Shown: piece by piece, positions 55,551 to 64,000 of the stretch
Layout of the letters: the number at the start of each line of letters is the position of its first letter
Numbering within the stretch: the first letter of the stretch is position 1
Assembly (NCBI GenBank): GCA_009777235.1
Contig: WRMH01000011.1
Coordinates: 2,171-66,170 of the forward strand
Length of the DNA: 64,000 bases
Source: Oscillospiraceae bacterium
GTDB taxonomy: Bacteria; Bacillota; Clostridia; Oscillospirales; Oscillospiraceae
Direction: 5' to 3'
The notes under the pieces: model-generated
What the model was told of the DNA's origin: nothing
The model's database searches: none
Seen by the model: the letters and a program-made list of their open reading frames with translations, nothing else
Position numbers and translations under genes: made by a program

Positions 55551-56375
55551 GTGAAAGCTGTAATATATGCCCGTTATAGTTCGGACAGTCAGCGAGAAGA
55601 ATCGGTTGAGGGGCAAATACGCGAATATACCGAGTACGCCAAACACAACAGTATTACCATTGTTGGCACATATCTTGACCGCACCCTGTCAGCAAAGACG
55701 AATAACCGTCCGGAATTTCAACGCATGATAAAAGATAGCGCGAAGAATATTTTTGATGTAGTTATCGTCTGGAAATTAGACCGCTTTTCCCGCGACCGCT
55801 ACGACAGCGCACATTACAAACGGATTTTGAAAAAGAACGGCGTAAAAATAATATCGGCAAAAGAGAATATTTCAGATGAACCGGAGGGCATCATTCTTGA
55901 ATCAATGTTAGAAGGAATGACAGATTGGTATTCCGCTGAACTCTCGGAGAAAATACGTCGGGGACAAAAAGAAAACGCTTTGAATGGCAAGAACAACGGC
56001 GGCGGTATTCCATTGGGTTATATACTGGGCGCTGATCAAAAACTATTGGTTGACCCTCTCACCGCTCCGCTGGTTCAAGAAGCGTTTCCCCGATATGCCG
56101 AAGGGGAAACAGTCAGAGCGATTGTCGAGTCCTTCAATGAGCACGGATTGACTACAAAGGAAAACCAGCCGTTCAATATGAACAGCTTCAATGTCTTATT
56201 CAATAACAGAAAATACATAGGTGAATATAAGTATCAAGATATTATCATTCCCGGCGGTGTTCCCGCTCTCGTTTCGGTAGAAGCCAGACAGAAAAACCCA
56301 CTACTATTACAAATGCGGGCTGCCAAACGTGGTAAAGGCTGTAAGCGGAAAGCGGTCAAACAGGATTGGATTTAG
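55551..56375 (+). pseudogene. large serine recombinase, truncated and frameshifted
   Basis: GTG start with GAGGAAGG SD. Intact resolvase domain (AVIYARYSSDSQ catalytic Ser, VWKLDRFSRD) and part of the recombinase domain up to GGVPALVS. The zinc-ribbon signature HYYYKCG then appears in another frame (about 56296 onward), and the ORF stops at 274 aa instead of ~500+. Confidence 0.75.
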
Positions 56376-56461
56376 CGGATTGTCGTTATTTGGACAGCTA
56401 CTCAAGTTTTGAAGGACGTGGAATGGGCATTTCTCTATGCCTCAGCGCAAAACGGAGAGTT

Positions 56462-57175
56462 TCAGGCAATCTCAACCCGGCTGCCAAGGAGCATCTGCAA
56501 CATATCGTCAAAACTCATCCAATAGTAATCGCAAATCGCCCTTATTTCTTCCTCCTGATCGGCGGATGACAGGTCATATATGCCGCCAACCATAAAACCG
56601 GCTGCTTTTGCAGTTTTCATGGCATACAAGGCATCTTCAACAACAAGGGTCTGCGGCACATCCGTACCCATATGCCCGGCAGCTTGAAGATATATGTCCG
56701 GGCTGCTTTTTCCCGCGCCGACCTCCTCGCACGTAAAAAGCCTTTCAATGTATTTATATAAGTCAAAACGCCGCGCAACGGGCTGGGCAAGTTCCCGTTC
56801 CGTCGCCGTGGCAATACACATCTTTACGCCCCTCTCGCGCAAAGCCTCAAGCACTTCAAGCGCGCCGTTTTTGAGCGGAATTTCACTGCGATACTTCTCG
56901 CCGATTAGCGCGTTGCGGCCGAGTACAATTTCTTCCACAGATTGCGAAACTCCATACTCGCTTTTAAAATACTCCGCTTCTTCGATACTGCTCAAGGCGC
57001 GAAGCACCTCCATCAATCCCGGGCGCGGCGTCGCCCCAAGGCTTTTGAGATATTCAATCTCAAAATGACGCCAAACTTGCATGGAGTCGAGCAATGTTCC
57101 GTCAAAATCAAATATTACACCCTTAATATTCTTCACTATATCAATCCTGCCTTGAAAGTTATGTATGGCAATCAT
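56462..57175 (-). CDS. HAD-IA family hydrolase (beta-phosphoglucomutase-like)
   Basis: VIFDFDGTLLDS motif I, ATATERE, VVEDALYAMKTAKAAG motif IV region. Confidence 0.85.
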   Translation of the reverse strand: MIAIHNFQGRIDIVKNIKGVIFDFDGTLLDSMQVWRHFEIEYLKSLGATPRPGLMEVLRALSSIEEAEYFKSEYGVSQSVEEIVLGRNALIGEKYRSEIPLKNGALEVLEALRERGVKMCIATATERELAQPVARRFDLYKYIERLFTCEEVGAGKSSPDIYLQAAGHMGTDVPQTLVVEDALYAMKTAKAAGFMVGGIYDLSSADQEEEIRAICDYYWMSFDDMLQMLLGSRVEIA

Positions 57176-57336
57176 TATATCACGAGCGCAAGCGGGAGGC
57201 AAAGCCGGATAGCAAAATCAGAAAAGAATTGCAATATGCGCCGCATGATGGTAAAATTTATCGCGGAGTGTGAAGCTATATGAATAGAACAGATTGCCGC
57301 TTTCGCGGATATATAAAAAACAGATGCAAGTCGGTA

Positions 57337-60300
57337 ATGGGGAGGATTCTTACCCTCTTGCTCCTTGTCATCGTCATTTTAAACACAGCCAGCTGCGCCC
57401 GGGACACACAGAGCCCCGAAGCCTCCGAAGCCCCATTTATGGCGCTCCGTGACATTCCTGACATAACGGACGCGGAAATCGAAGCCATAGCGAAGCTGCA
57501 AGCCGCAGGTTCTCCTTTGATATACGCCGCCACCCACAGCACCGAGCTGTTTGAGAAAACAGACGGAACGCTCGGCGGCTATACGGTTTTGTTTTGCGAC
57601 TGGCTCTCGGAGCTTATCGGGATTCCCATTTTGGTCGAAACGCACAGCATAACGGAGTTGGACGCGGGGCTTGAAAGCGGCATATTTGACCTTGCGGCCG
57701 TCATGGCTACACCGGATAGAGCCGAGATATTTTCCCTAAGCGGTCCTATTATCCAGCGAATTTTTGTAAATTACCGTTATGAGGGCAGCCCGACGCTTTC
57801 TGAAATCAGCCGTGAGAGACTGCCGCGCTATGCTTTTACCGAAAACTCCGCCGTGATTCCGATAGTCGCAGACGCGCTCGAACCCGGAACTTATCTGGAG
57901 GTTATCGTAGCCGATGAGGACGCGCTATACGAAGCTCTCAAAAACGGAGATGCCGACGTGTTTGTGCTCACAGAGTCATTGTCGGCGTCGTTTGACCAAT
58001 ATGACGGGATATATATCGAAGATTTCTTGCCGCTGACTATTCTCCACGTCTCCGTGGCGGCGGCAAACCCGGATTATGATGCCGTTATCTCCGTGATTAC
58101 CAAGGCTGTGCAAAACGGCGCCGCCGGATATTTGGCCGATTTGCATATGCAAGGAAACTTAGATTACAGGCGTCACAAATTCTCCTCTATGCTCACCGGC
58201 GAGGAGCTTGAATATCTGCAAAATAACCCTGTAATACCGTTTGCCACCCAATACGCATCTTATCCTACCAGCTTTTACGACTCACACGAAGACATCTGGA
58301 ACGGTATGGTCTTTGATATTTTGAGCGAAATTCAAGAGTTCATCGGTTCGGACTTTGAAATGGTTCACGATGAACATTTGGAGCTTCCCGGCCTGATGGA
58401 GCTTTTGGAGAATGAAACGGCTTACTTCATGCCAAATCTTATCCAAACCCCCGAACGGGCGGGCAGATTTGACTGGCTGCGCACATATTATTTCACAGAC
58501 CGGTATGCCCTTTTGTCCAAGCAGAGCTTTCCAAACGTCGAGCTAAACGACATACCCACCAAAAGAGTTGGCCTTATAAACGGCACGGCGTTTGCCGAGG
58601 CATTCAAGGCATGGTTTCCCAACGCGCTTTACGTGACGGAATACCCGACCGCGGATGGAGCTTATATGGCGCTTGACAGGGGCGAGGTTGATCTTGTCAT
58701 GTCCATACAAAGCAGGCTGACCACATTGACCAATTATTACGAGCTTTCAGATTATAAGGCAAATTATCTGTTTGACGACGGTTTGCACGTCACTTTTGCG
58801 GTCAACAAAAACCAAACAGTTCTCCGTTCAATCCTCGACAAAGCTCTCGGACTTATAGACACCGACAGAATCACCGAGCAATGGGTGAGCAGGACATACA
58901 ACATCGAAACCATGCGCCTGCAAGCGCAGCGCCCGTGGCTGGTCGGCGCGATCGCGCTGTCTTCCGTCATGCTTGCCCTTGTGCTGATTTGGTTTTACAC
59001 ACGCAGCAAAGCATTGGTGCAACGGGCGGTAATGAGCAAGACGCGGGCGGCGGCAAAAAAAATGCAAGAGCTTGAAGAAGAAAAACACACCCTTGAGGAA
59101 GACCGCCGGCATTTGTCGGAAATCTTAGATACGCTGCCTGTGGGAATCAGAATACTGAGCCTTGACGACTGGACGCTTCTTTATTCCAACAAAGCCTGTT
59201 TGGACGTTTTTGGCTGCTCGTCTTTTGAAGAACAGGTGAAAGGGCGCGACGGACTTGGTTTTATGCCGGAAATACAGCCGGACGGAGTACCTACGGCGGA
59301 ACATCTCGCCGAAATCGCCAACACCGACAGATTTGCGGCGGAGCTTCAATGCTTTAAATTGGACGGCCAGCCGTTTATCTGCCGTATCACATCCATTACG
59401 ATAAATTACGCCGGACACCGCGCTTCCCTCGCGGCGATGGAGGATATAACCGCTGATATGGAGCATCAGGAAAGGCTTCGCAACGCCGTCATCAAGGAAC
59501 AGGAAGCAAATCAGCTAAAGAGCCAGTTTCTGGCGCACATGAGCCATGAGATACGGACTCCCATGAACGCGATACTTGGCATTACGGAGATAGAATTGCA
59601 TAGCGAATCCTTAAGCAAAGAGACAAAAGAATCTCTGGGCATGATATATGAATCCGGAAATTTGCTGATGGGCATCATCAATGACATCTTAGACCTTTCG
59701 AAAATCGAATCCGGGAAATTAGAAATAATGCCGGCCAAATACGACATTCCGAGCCTCATAAACGACACCGTCCAAATAAACCGCATACGCTATGAGAGCA
59801 AACCCATAGAATTTTCACTTGATATAGACGAAAACACGCCCCTTAGTCTGCAAGGTGACGCGCTCCGCTTGAAGCAAATCTTAAACAACATTCTCGCCAA
59901 TGCCTATAAATATACCGAAAAGGGCAATATCAAGCTGTCTGTTTCCTCAAAGGCATCTTCCAAAGACGGGGAAATCACTCTCATCTTGCAAATCAGCGAC
60001 ACAGGTCAAGGCATGACCCAAGATCAGCTTGATAAGCTGTATCTCGAATACACCCGCTTCAATTTAGAAGTCAACATCGCAACGGAGGGAAGCGGGCTTG
60101 GCATGACGATTACAAAGCGTCTCCTCGATTTGATGGGCGGCGAAATATTGGTGGAGAGCGAGCCGGGCAAAGGCTCGACATTTACCGTATACATCCCGCA
60201 AAAGCGTGTAAACGAGCTTGTCTGCGGCGCTCATCTCGCCGAAGTAATACGAAACTTCCGTTTTCAAAGCGCGGCAGTTGAGCAAAGACGCCAAACATTG

Positions 60301-61098
60301 CGCGAGTATATGCCTTATGGTAGCGTCCTTATTGTGGACGATGTAAAATCAAACCTATATGTCGCCAAAGGTATGCTTCTGCCATACGGATTAAAGGTAG
60401 ATTCGGCAAACAGCGGGGCGTCGGCCATTGAAAAAGTCAAAGACGGCAATGAATACGACATCATCTTTATGGATCACATGATGCCCGGAATGGATGGGAT
60501 AGAGGCGACAAAACTCTTGCGCGAGATGGGCTACACCCGGAGCATCATCGCGCTGACCGCCAACGCCTTGGTTGGACACGCCGAGACATTTTTGAAAAAC
60601 GGCTTTGACAGCTACATTCCAAAGCCGATTGATTCGCGTGAGCTGGATAACATTCTGATCAGTTTTATCCGCGACAAAAAACCGCCGGAGGTCGTCGAGG
60701 CGGCATGGCAGCAGCGATGGGTGCAGCAGGAAGATCAGAAGGACGAAGAACCAGCGGCATCCGATTATTTGCAGGCCGCCGGCATGGATTTGTCCGAGAT
60801 TGAAACTGATTTCCTGCAGGACGCAGAAAATTTCATGAACATTTTGGATAAATTTCGCGCAAAAAACGGCGGTTTTGATGACGGCGATTTTGGCGAAGCG
60901 GATTTAAGAGACTATGAAATCGCCGTGCACGGTATGAAAAGCGCCCTTGCCATTATAAATGAGGCGGAGCTTTCAGGTTTTGCCTACAAATTGGAGCAAG
61001 CCGCGACGGCAAATAATCTTGATCTGATCCGCTCGGAAACATCCGCGTTCATAGACGCGCTTTGCGCCCTGTGTGATAAAATACGTGCCCGCGGTTAG
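57337..61098 (+). CDS. hybrid sensor histidine kinase/response regulator with two extracytoplasmic solute-binding-like domains, PAS, HisKA, HATPase, REC and Hpt
   Basis: Lipobox-like LNTASC. TM WLVGAIALSSVMLALVLIWFY. H-box SHEIRTPMNAILG. G-box GSGLGMTI. REC DHMMPGMDG. Hpt HGMKSAL. Confidence 0.9.
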   Translation: MGRILTLLLLVIVILNTASCARDTQSPEASEAPFMALRDIPDITDAEIEAIAKLQAAGSPLIYAATHSTELFEKTDGTLGGYTVLFCDWLSELIGIPILVETHSITELDAGLESGIFDLAAVMATPDRAEIFSLSGPIIQRIFVNYRYEGSPTLSEISRERLPRYAFTENSAVIPIVADALEPGTYLEVIVADEDALYEALKNGDADVFVLTESLSASFDQYDGIYIEDFLPLTILHVSVAAANPDYDAVISVITKAVQNGAAGYLADLHMQGNLDYRRHKFSSMLTGEELEYLQNNPVIPFATQYASYPTSFYDSHEDIWNGMVFDILSEIQEFIGSDFEMVHDEHLELPGLMELLENETAYFMPNLIQTPERAGRFDWLRTYYFTDRYALLSKQSFPNVELNDIPTKRVGLINGTAFAEAFKAWFPNALYVTEYPTADGAYMALDRGEVDLVMSIQSRLTTLTNYYELSDYKANYLFDDGLHVTFAVNKNQTVLRSILDKALGLIDTDRITEQWVSRTYNIETMRLQAQRPWLVGAIALSSVMLALVLIWFYTRSKALVQRAVMSKTRAAAKKMQELEEEKHTLEEDRRHLSEILDTLPVGIRILSLDDWTLLYSNKACLDVFGCSSFEEQVKGRDGLGFMPEIQPDGVPTAEHLAEIANTDRFAAELQCFKLDGQPFICRITSITINYAGHRASLAAMEDITADMEHQERLRNAVIKEQEANQLKSQFLAHMSHEIRTPMNAILGITEIELHSESLSKETKESLGMIYESGNLLMGIINDILDLSKIESGKLEIMPAKYDIPSLINDTVQINRIRYESKPIEFSLDIDENTPLSLQGDALRLKQILNNILANAYKYTEKGNIKLSVSSKASSKDGEITLILQISDTGQGMTQDQLDKLYLEYTRFNLEVNIATEGSGLGMTITKRLLDLMGGEILVESEPGKGSTFTVYIPQKRVNELVCGAHLAEVIRNFRFQSAAVEQRRQTLREYMPYGSVLIVDDVKSNLYVAKGMLLPYGLKVDSANSGASAIEKVKDGNEYDIIFMDHMMPGMDGIEATKLLREMGYTRSIIALTANALVGHAETFLKNGFDSYIPKPIDSRELDNILISFIRDKKPPEVVEAAWQQRWVQQEDQKDEEPAASDYLQAAGMDLSEIETDFLQDAENFMNILDKFRAKNGGFDDGDFGEADLRDYEIAVHGMKSALAIINEAELSGFAYKLEQAATANNLDLIRSETSAFIDALCALCDKIRARG

Positions 61099-61120
61099 AT
61101 TATAAAATTATAAATTAGCA

Positions 61121-61741
61121 ATGGAGGTAAAAATAGTAAATCCAATGCCGAATAAATCAGATAATGAGATAGTGCGCTGCGCGTGGGCTAAGGGCGACGA
61201 AAAGATGGCAAAGTATCACGATGAAGTATGGGGCAAGCCGGAGCATGACGACCAGCGGCTGTTTGCCAAGCTGTGCCTTGACTTGATGCAGGCGGGGTTG
61301 ATGTGGCGGACGATTTTATACAAACAAGAGGGCTTTCATGAGGCTTTTGACGGCTTTCACATTGAAACGGTCGCAGGTTATGATGAAGCAAAGTTTGAAG
61401 AACTTATGCAAAATGCCAAAATCGTGCGAAATCGTTTGAAAATACGCGCCATTATCAACAATGCCGCCCGCGTCATGGAAATCCAAAATGAGTTCGGCAG
61501 CTTTGACGCCTATATATGGAGCTTTACACAAGGCAAAATCGTGAAAAACGCTTGGGAGAACATCGCTGATGTCCCGGCGTCAACACAGCTTAGCGATACC
61601 GTCAGCAAAGACATGAAAAAACGCGGCTTTCGATTTGTCGGCACTACAATCATATATGCTTTTCTTCAAGCCGTCGGCGTTGTCGGCGATCATTTGACAA
61701 GCTGCTTTTGCTATGCTGGGTCTTGCGATGTTTCAAATTAA
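61121..61741 (+). CDS. tag: DNA-3-methyladenine glycosylase I
   Basis: YHDEVWG, LCLDLMQAGLMW, C-terminal zinc ligands. Start could be 61121 or 61145. Confidence 0.85.
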   Translation: MEVKIVNPMPNKSDNEIVRCAWAKGDEKMAKYHDEVWGKPEHDDQRLFAKLCLDLMQAGLMWRTILYKQEGFHEAFDGFHIETVAGYDEAKFEELMQNAKIVRNRLKIRAIINNAARVMEIQNEFGSFDAYIWSFTQGKIVKNAWENIADVPASTQLSDTVSKDMKKRGFRFVGTTIIYAFLQAVGVVGDHLTSCFCYAGSCDVSN

Positions 61742-61844
61742 GGCTGCTTTTTTATAAAGCTCTGCAAATGGGCGATGTTGCAAAAGTCGTGCCTATTGAT
61801 AAATTCAGTCAATTGAACAGTGTATAGTGGAATGGATGTAAAGA

Positions 61845-62429
61845 ATGGTTGAATTATGGGATGTTTACGACATTAACAGAAATAAGACCGGTCGGCTGCA
61901 TGAACGCGGTAAGCCGATGGAAGCCGGGGACTACCATCTTGTCGTACATATTTGGATTATGAACGATAAGGGCGAATTTCTTATTTCAAAACGTGCGCTC
62001 GATATAACCGGCTGGGCTGGTATGTGGCAAACGACCGGGGGAAGCGCGGTTTCAGGTGACGACAGCTTAACTACCGCATTAAAAGAAACCGTCGAAGAAA
62101 TTGGTGTTGTGCTTGACCCGAAAAACGGGCAATTATTCAAGCAATATATGTCCTCTCATGCTAACGATGAAGGCGGTGCTTTTTATGATGTATGGTTATT
62201 TAGACAGGATGTAAACATTTCATCGATCATATTCAAACCTGACGAAACGTGCGATGCGATGTGGGCGAATAAAGGGAAAATAAAACAGATGATTGACGAC
62301 GGTATCTTCATTTCGGAAGAAGCCTATCCATACCTTGATGAATTGTTTTATTTTTGCGATAAACCGTTTTGGGAAATCGGCTGCCAAAATAAAACAGCTT
62401 CAACATTCGCAAGGAAGGCGATAGAGTAA
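61845..62429 (+). CDS. NUDIX hydrolase
   Basis: Nudix box GGSAVSGDDSLTTALKETVEEIGV. Confidence 0.8.
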   Translation: MVELWDVYDINRNKTGRLHERGKPMEAGDYHLVVHIWIMNDKGEFLISKRALDITGWAGMWQTTGGSAVSGDDSLTTALKETVEEIGVVLDPKNGQLFKQYMSSHANDEGGAFYDVWLFRQDVNISSIIFKPDETCDAMWANKGKIKQMIDDGIFISEEAYPYLDELFYFCDKPFWEIGCQNKTASTFARKAIE

Positions 62430-62490
62430 AAAACGAATATACGAAATTACATATAAAATCAAGACGTAAAATTAAAATGCTCTTGAAAGA

Positions 62491-63465
62491 ATGGGGGATG
62501 ACAGCGAAATGTTAATACGATGGGCGACAGAACAAGACCTCCCTGCGTGGTATGATATAGCTACCGAATTATCGGTAATAATGCGGCATCCGGCTGATAT
62601 GGGTAAAGACCCGGAGCTTATGTCGTACGCAAAAAACAAAACAAGCAAAAATGAAGCATTGACCGCTGTGGATTATATGAGTAATCAAAATATGGGTTTC
62701 ATCGGCTTTTCACGAACATTTAACCGCATTACATGGATAGGTGTATCGGAGAAATATCGGGGCAAAAGTGTCGGCAACCGATTACTGAAAACCGCGCTGC
62801 GCCAACTCGACCACACGAAACCTATCACAGTCGAAACTTACCCCGAAGGCTACGAGCCGGGAGTTCCTGCAAAGAATCTTTATCGGAAATTCGGCTTTAT
62901 TGAGACCGAATCTGATTTGCTTTTACCGCACTTTTACGGTCATCTCGTATGCCGCATGACAGCGGATTTATCCTATGAAAAACGCGGCGGAAGTTTCCAT
63001 TACCGCTACCCCGAATTTATTAAAGCGGCACAAAAAGAAAACTGCCCCGCTTGCAATAATGAGCCGATGCCTGATGGTCAAATTGACATTGTTTTGACTG
63101 ATAAAATATGTGTCGGCGGTGAATACCCCGGACAAGGGCGGCTTTTCGGTAAATGTTATGTCATGCCAATGGAACACTACTTTCACTTTGAGGATATGCC
63201 CGAAGCGGATGCAGCCATTTTTATGAACGAAGTCCAACGTGTCGGGAAAGCACTCCGTAAAGTCACCGGCGCGGTGAAGATAAACTACGAAATGCACGCA
63301 AACTCCGGGGCGCATTTACATATCCACCTATTCCCGCGTTACCTCGACGATGATTTCCCAAGCGCGCCGATTGATTACCGTATAAGCGAACCGGCTCCGT
63401 ATGAGAGTTACGATGAATATTTATGGTTTATCGAGCAAATGAGGAAGGAATTATATTTTGCTTGA
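62491..63465 (+). CDS. GNAT acetyltransferase fused to a HIT (histidine triad) domain
   Basis: N-terminal GNAT motif A (VSEKYRGKSVGNRLL). C-terminal HLHIHLFPRY histidine triad preceded by a CPACNN zinc-like motif. Confidence 0.75.
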   Translation: MGDDSEMLIRWATEQDLPAWYDIATELSVIMRHPADMGKDPELMSYAKNKTSKNEALTAVDYMSNQNMGFIGFSRTFNRITWIGVSEKYRGKSVGNRLLKTALRQLDHTKPITVETYPEGYEPGVPAKNLYRKFGFIETESDLLLPHFYGHLVCRMTADLSYEKRGGSFHYRYPEFIKAAQKENCPACNNEPMPDGQIDIVLTDKICVGGEYPGQGRLFGKCYVMPMEHYFHFEDMPEADAAIFMNEVQRVGKALRKVTGAVKINYEMHANSGAHLHIHLFPRYLDDDFPSAPIDYRISEPAPYESYDEYLWFIEQMRKELYFA

Positions 63466-63677
63466 TGAATTGTTTTAGAAGTGTGCTAATAGAATGACCG
63501 CAAAAGAAATGCATCGCAACGCACAGCTTGCCGCGCCGGGTTTGCCCCGCATGGGCGTGTGTGTACCGTGGGCGGTTTGCCGATGCGCTGACCGCGCCGA
63601 CAGGGTGAGGTATGGGTGGCAATGCTTGCGCCGTCCCCCGTTAGTGTGTGAGGTTTGTGCATTGCCGTTTCAAGTTA

Positions 63678-64000
63678 TCATCCTTTCCTTGCCCAAATGG
63701 TCGCTCTAACGTAATCAGGCTCATTTTCGCTCAATGGTTCATCTGTGTAGTTACGGTAAGTCTTTTCCACATCAAATCCTGCGTCGGCAAGCCATCCGTA
63801 AACCTGTTTCAAAGTTGGAATGTGCTTATAGCCTGTTGTAGATTTGATTATTCGCTCACCGTTGTTTGTCAGCAAATCGCTATGACTCGCCCAAGTACAA
63901 ATTCGCGTTACAGGGTCGTACACATTGCCATAAATTTTGATTTTACCGCTTGTTCCAAGCTCGTCGGCATATGTAGATTCGTCGCCCAAACGTCCGCTCT
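63678..64000 (-). CDS. C-terminal part of a probable class I SAM-dependent methyltransferase (runs off window)
   Basis: The ORF is open to the window edge and ends ...GFDVEKTYRNYTDEPLSENEPDYVRATIWARKG. Assignment is weak. Confidence 0.4.
   Translation of the reverse strand, partial: SGRLGDESTYADELGTSGKIKIYGNVYDPVTRICTWASHSDLLTNNGERIIKSTTGYKHIPTLKQVYGWLADAGFDVEKTYRNYTDEPLSENEPDYVRATIWARKG

Larger units (their letters stand above)
49403..56461. mobile_element. decayed integrative element / genomic island inserted at the 3-prime side of tRNA-Ala
   Basis: Begins right after the tRNA. Contains a topoisomerase III tail fragment, orphan genes, toxin-like modules and a truncated large serine recombinase at the far end. 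Base composition is visibly lower in GC (especially 53.2-55.3 kb) than the flanks. Core genes resume at 56462. Confidence 0.6.

Noticed and set aside
56376-56461. Direct repeat of the tRNA-Ala 3-prime end marking the distal att site of the island
   Set aside because: Reading 56.3-56.5 kb by eye, I found no copy of GGTTCGATCCCGCTTATCTCCACCA or a substantial part of it. The right boundary is therefore only inferred from the recombinase remnant and the resumption of core genes.
63466-63677. GC-rich 210-bp spacer with ORFs 63494..63709 (+) and 63428..63622 (-), plus a GGCAATGC...GCATTGCC inverted repeat
   Set aside because: The translations are low-complexity Arg/Cys/Pro strings with no start context. 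Only one weak long-loop inverted repeat is present. That is not enough to call a gene, RNA or terminator.

Overview
The window looks like chromosome from an anaerobic Firmicutes/Clostridia-type organism. Markers for this are a SCIFF peptide plus radical-SAM maturase, rubrerythrin, a PPi-type PFK and an OLE-RNA-type locus. Most of it is core: divergent glycolysis genes pfk/fba; a conserved minus-strand block asp23-nusB-xseA-xseB-ispA-[structured RNA]-[membrane protein]-tlyA-nadK-argR-recN; an in-frame carB-dapF fusion; a five-gene Opp-type ABC operon; a MATE pump; a DUF4914-like P-loop protein; a YdjI/YdjG-like SPFH plus zinc-ribbon operon; an M32 carboxypeptidase; a hybrid histidine kinase; and tag, NUDIX and GNAT-HIT genes. 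Two accessory regions abut tRNA genes. (1) About 3.36-12.1 kb, ending at tRNA-Leu(UAG), is a patchwork. It holds a 207-bp duplicated promoter plus 5-prime gene stub, a DUF4143 ATPase, an APH-like kinase fused to a GNAT remnant, an AbiEi-like gene coupled to a YcaQ/AlkZ-family glycosylase, a truncated HAD, a PIN/Phd pair and an HNH/HsdM chimeric pseudogene. (2) About 49.4-56.46 kb starts at the 3-prime end of tRNA-Ala(GGC) and is a decayed integrative element. It holds a topoisomerase III tail, a degraded large serine recombinase, a small ORF plus HipA-like kinase pair, and a visibly AT-rich, translationally coupled three-gene cassette. That cassette (small TM protein, Rubisco-activase-like AAA+ ATPase, 213-aa unknown protein; 53.4-55.3 kb) is my best candidate for an undescribed, possibly defence-type, system. 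No CRISPR array, rRNA or intact transposase was seen. All coordinates, motifs and homology calls come from reading the sequence and from remembered family signatures. Nothing was searched against a database.
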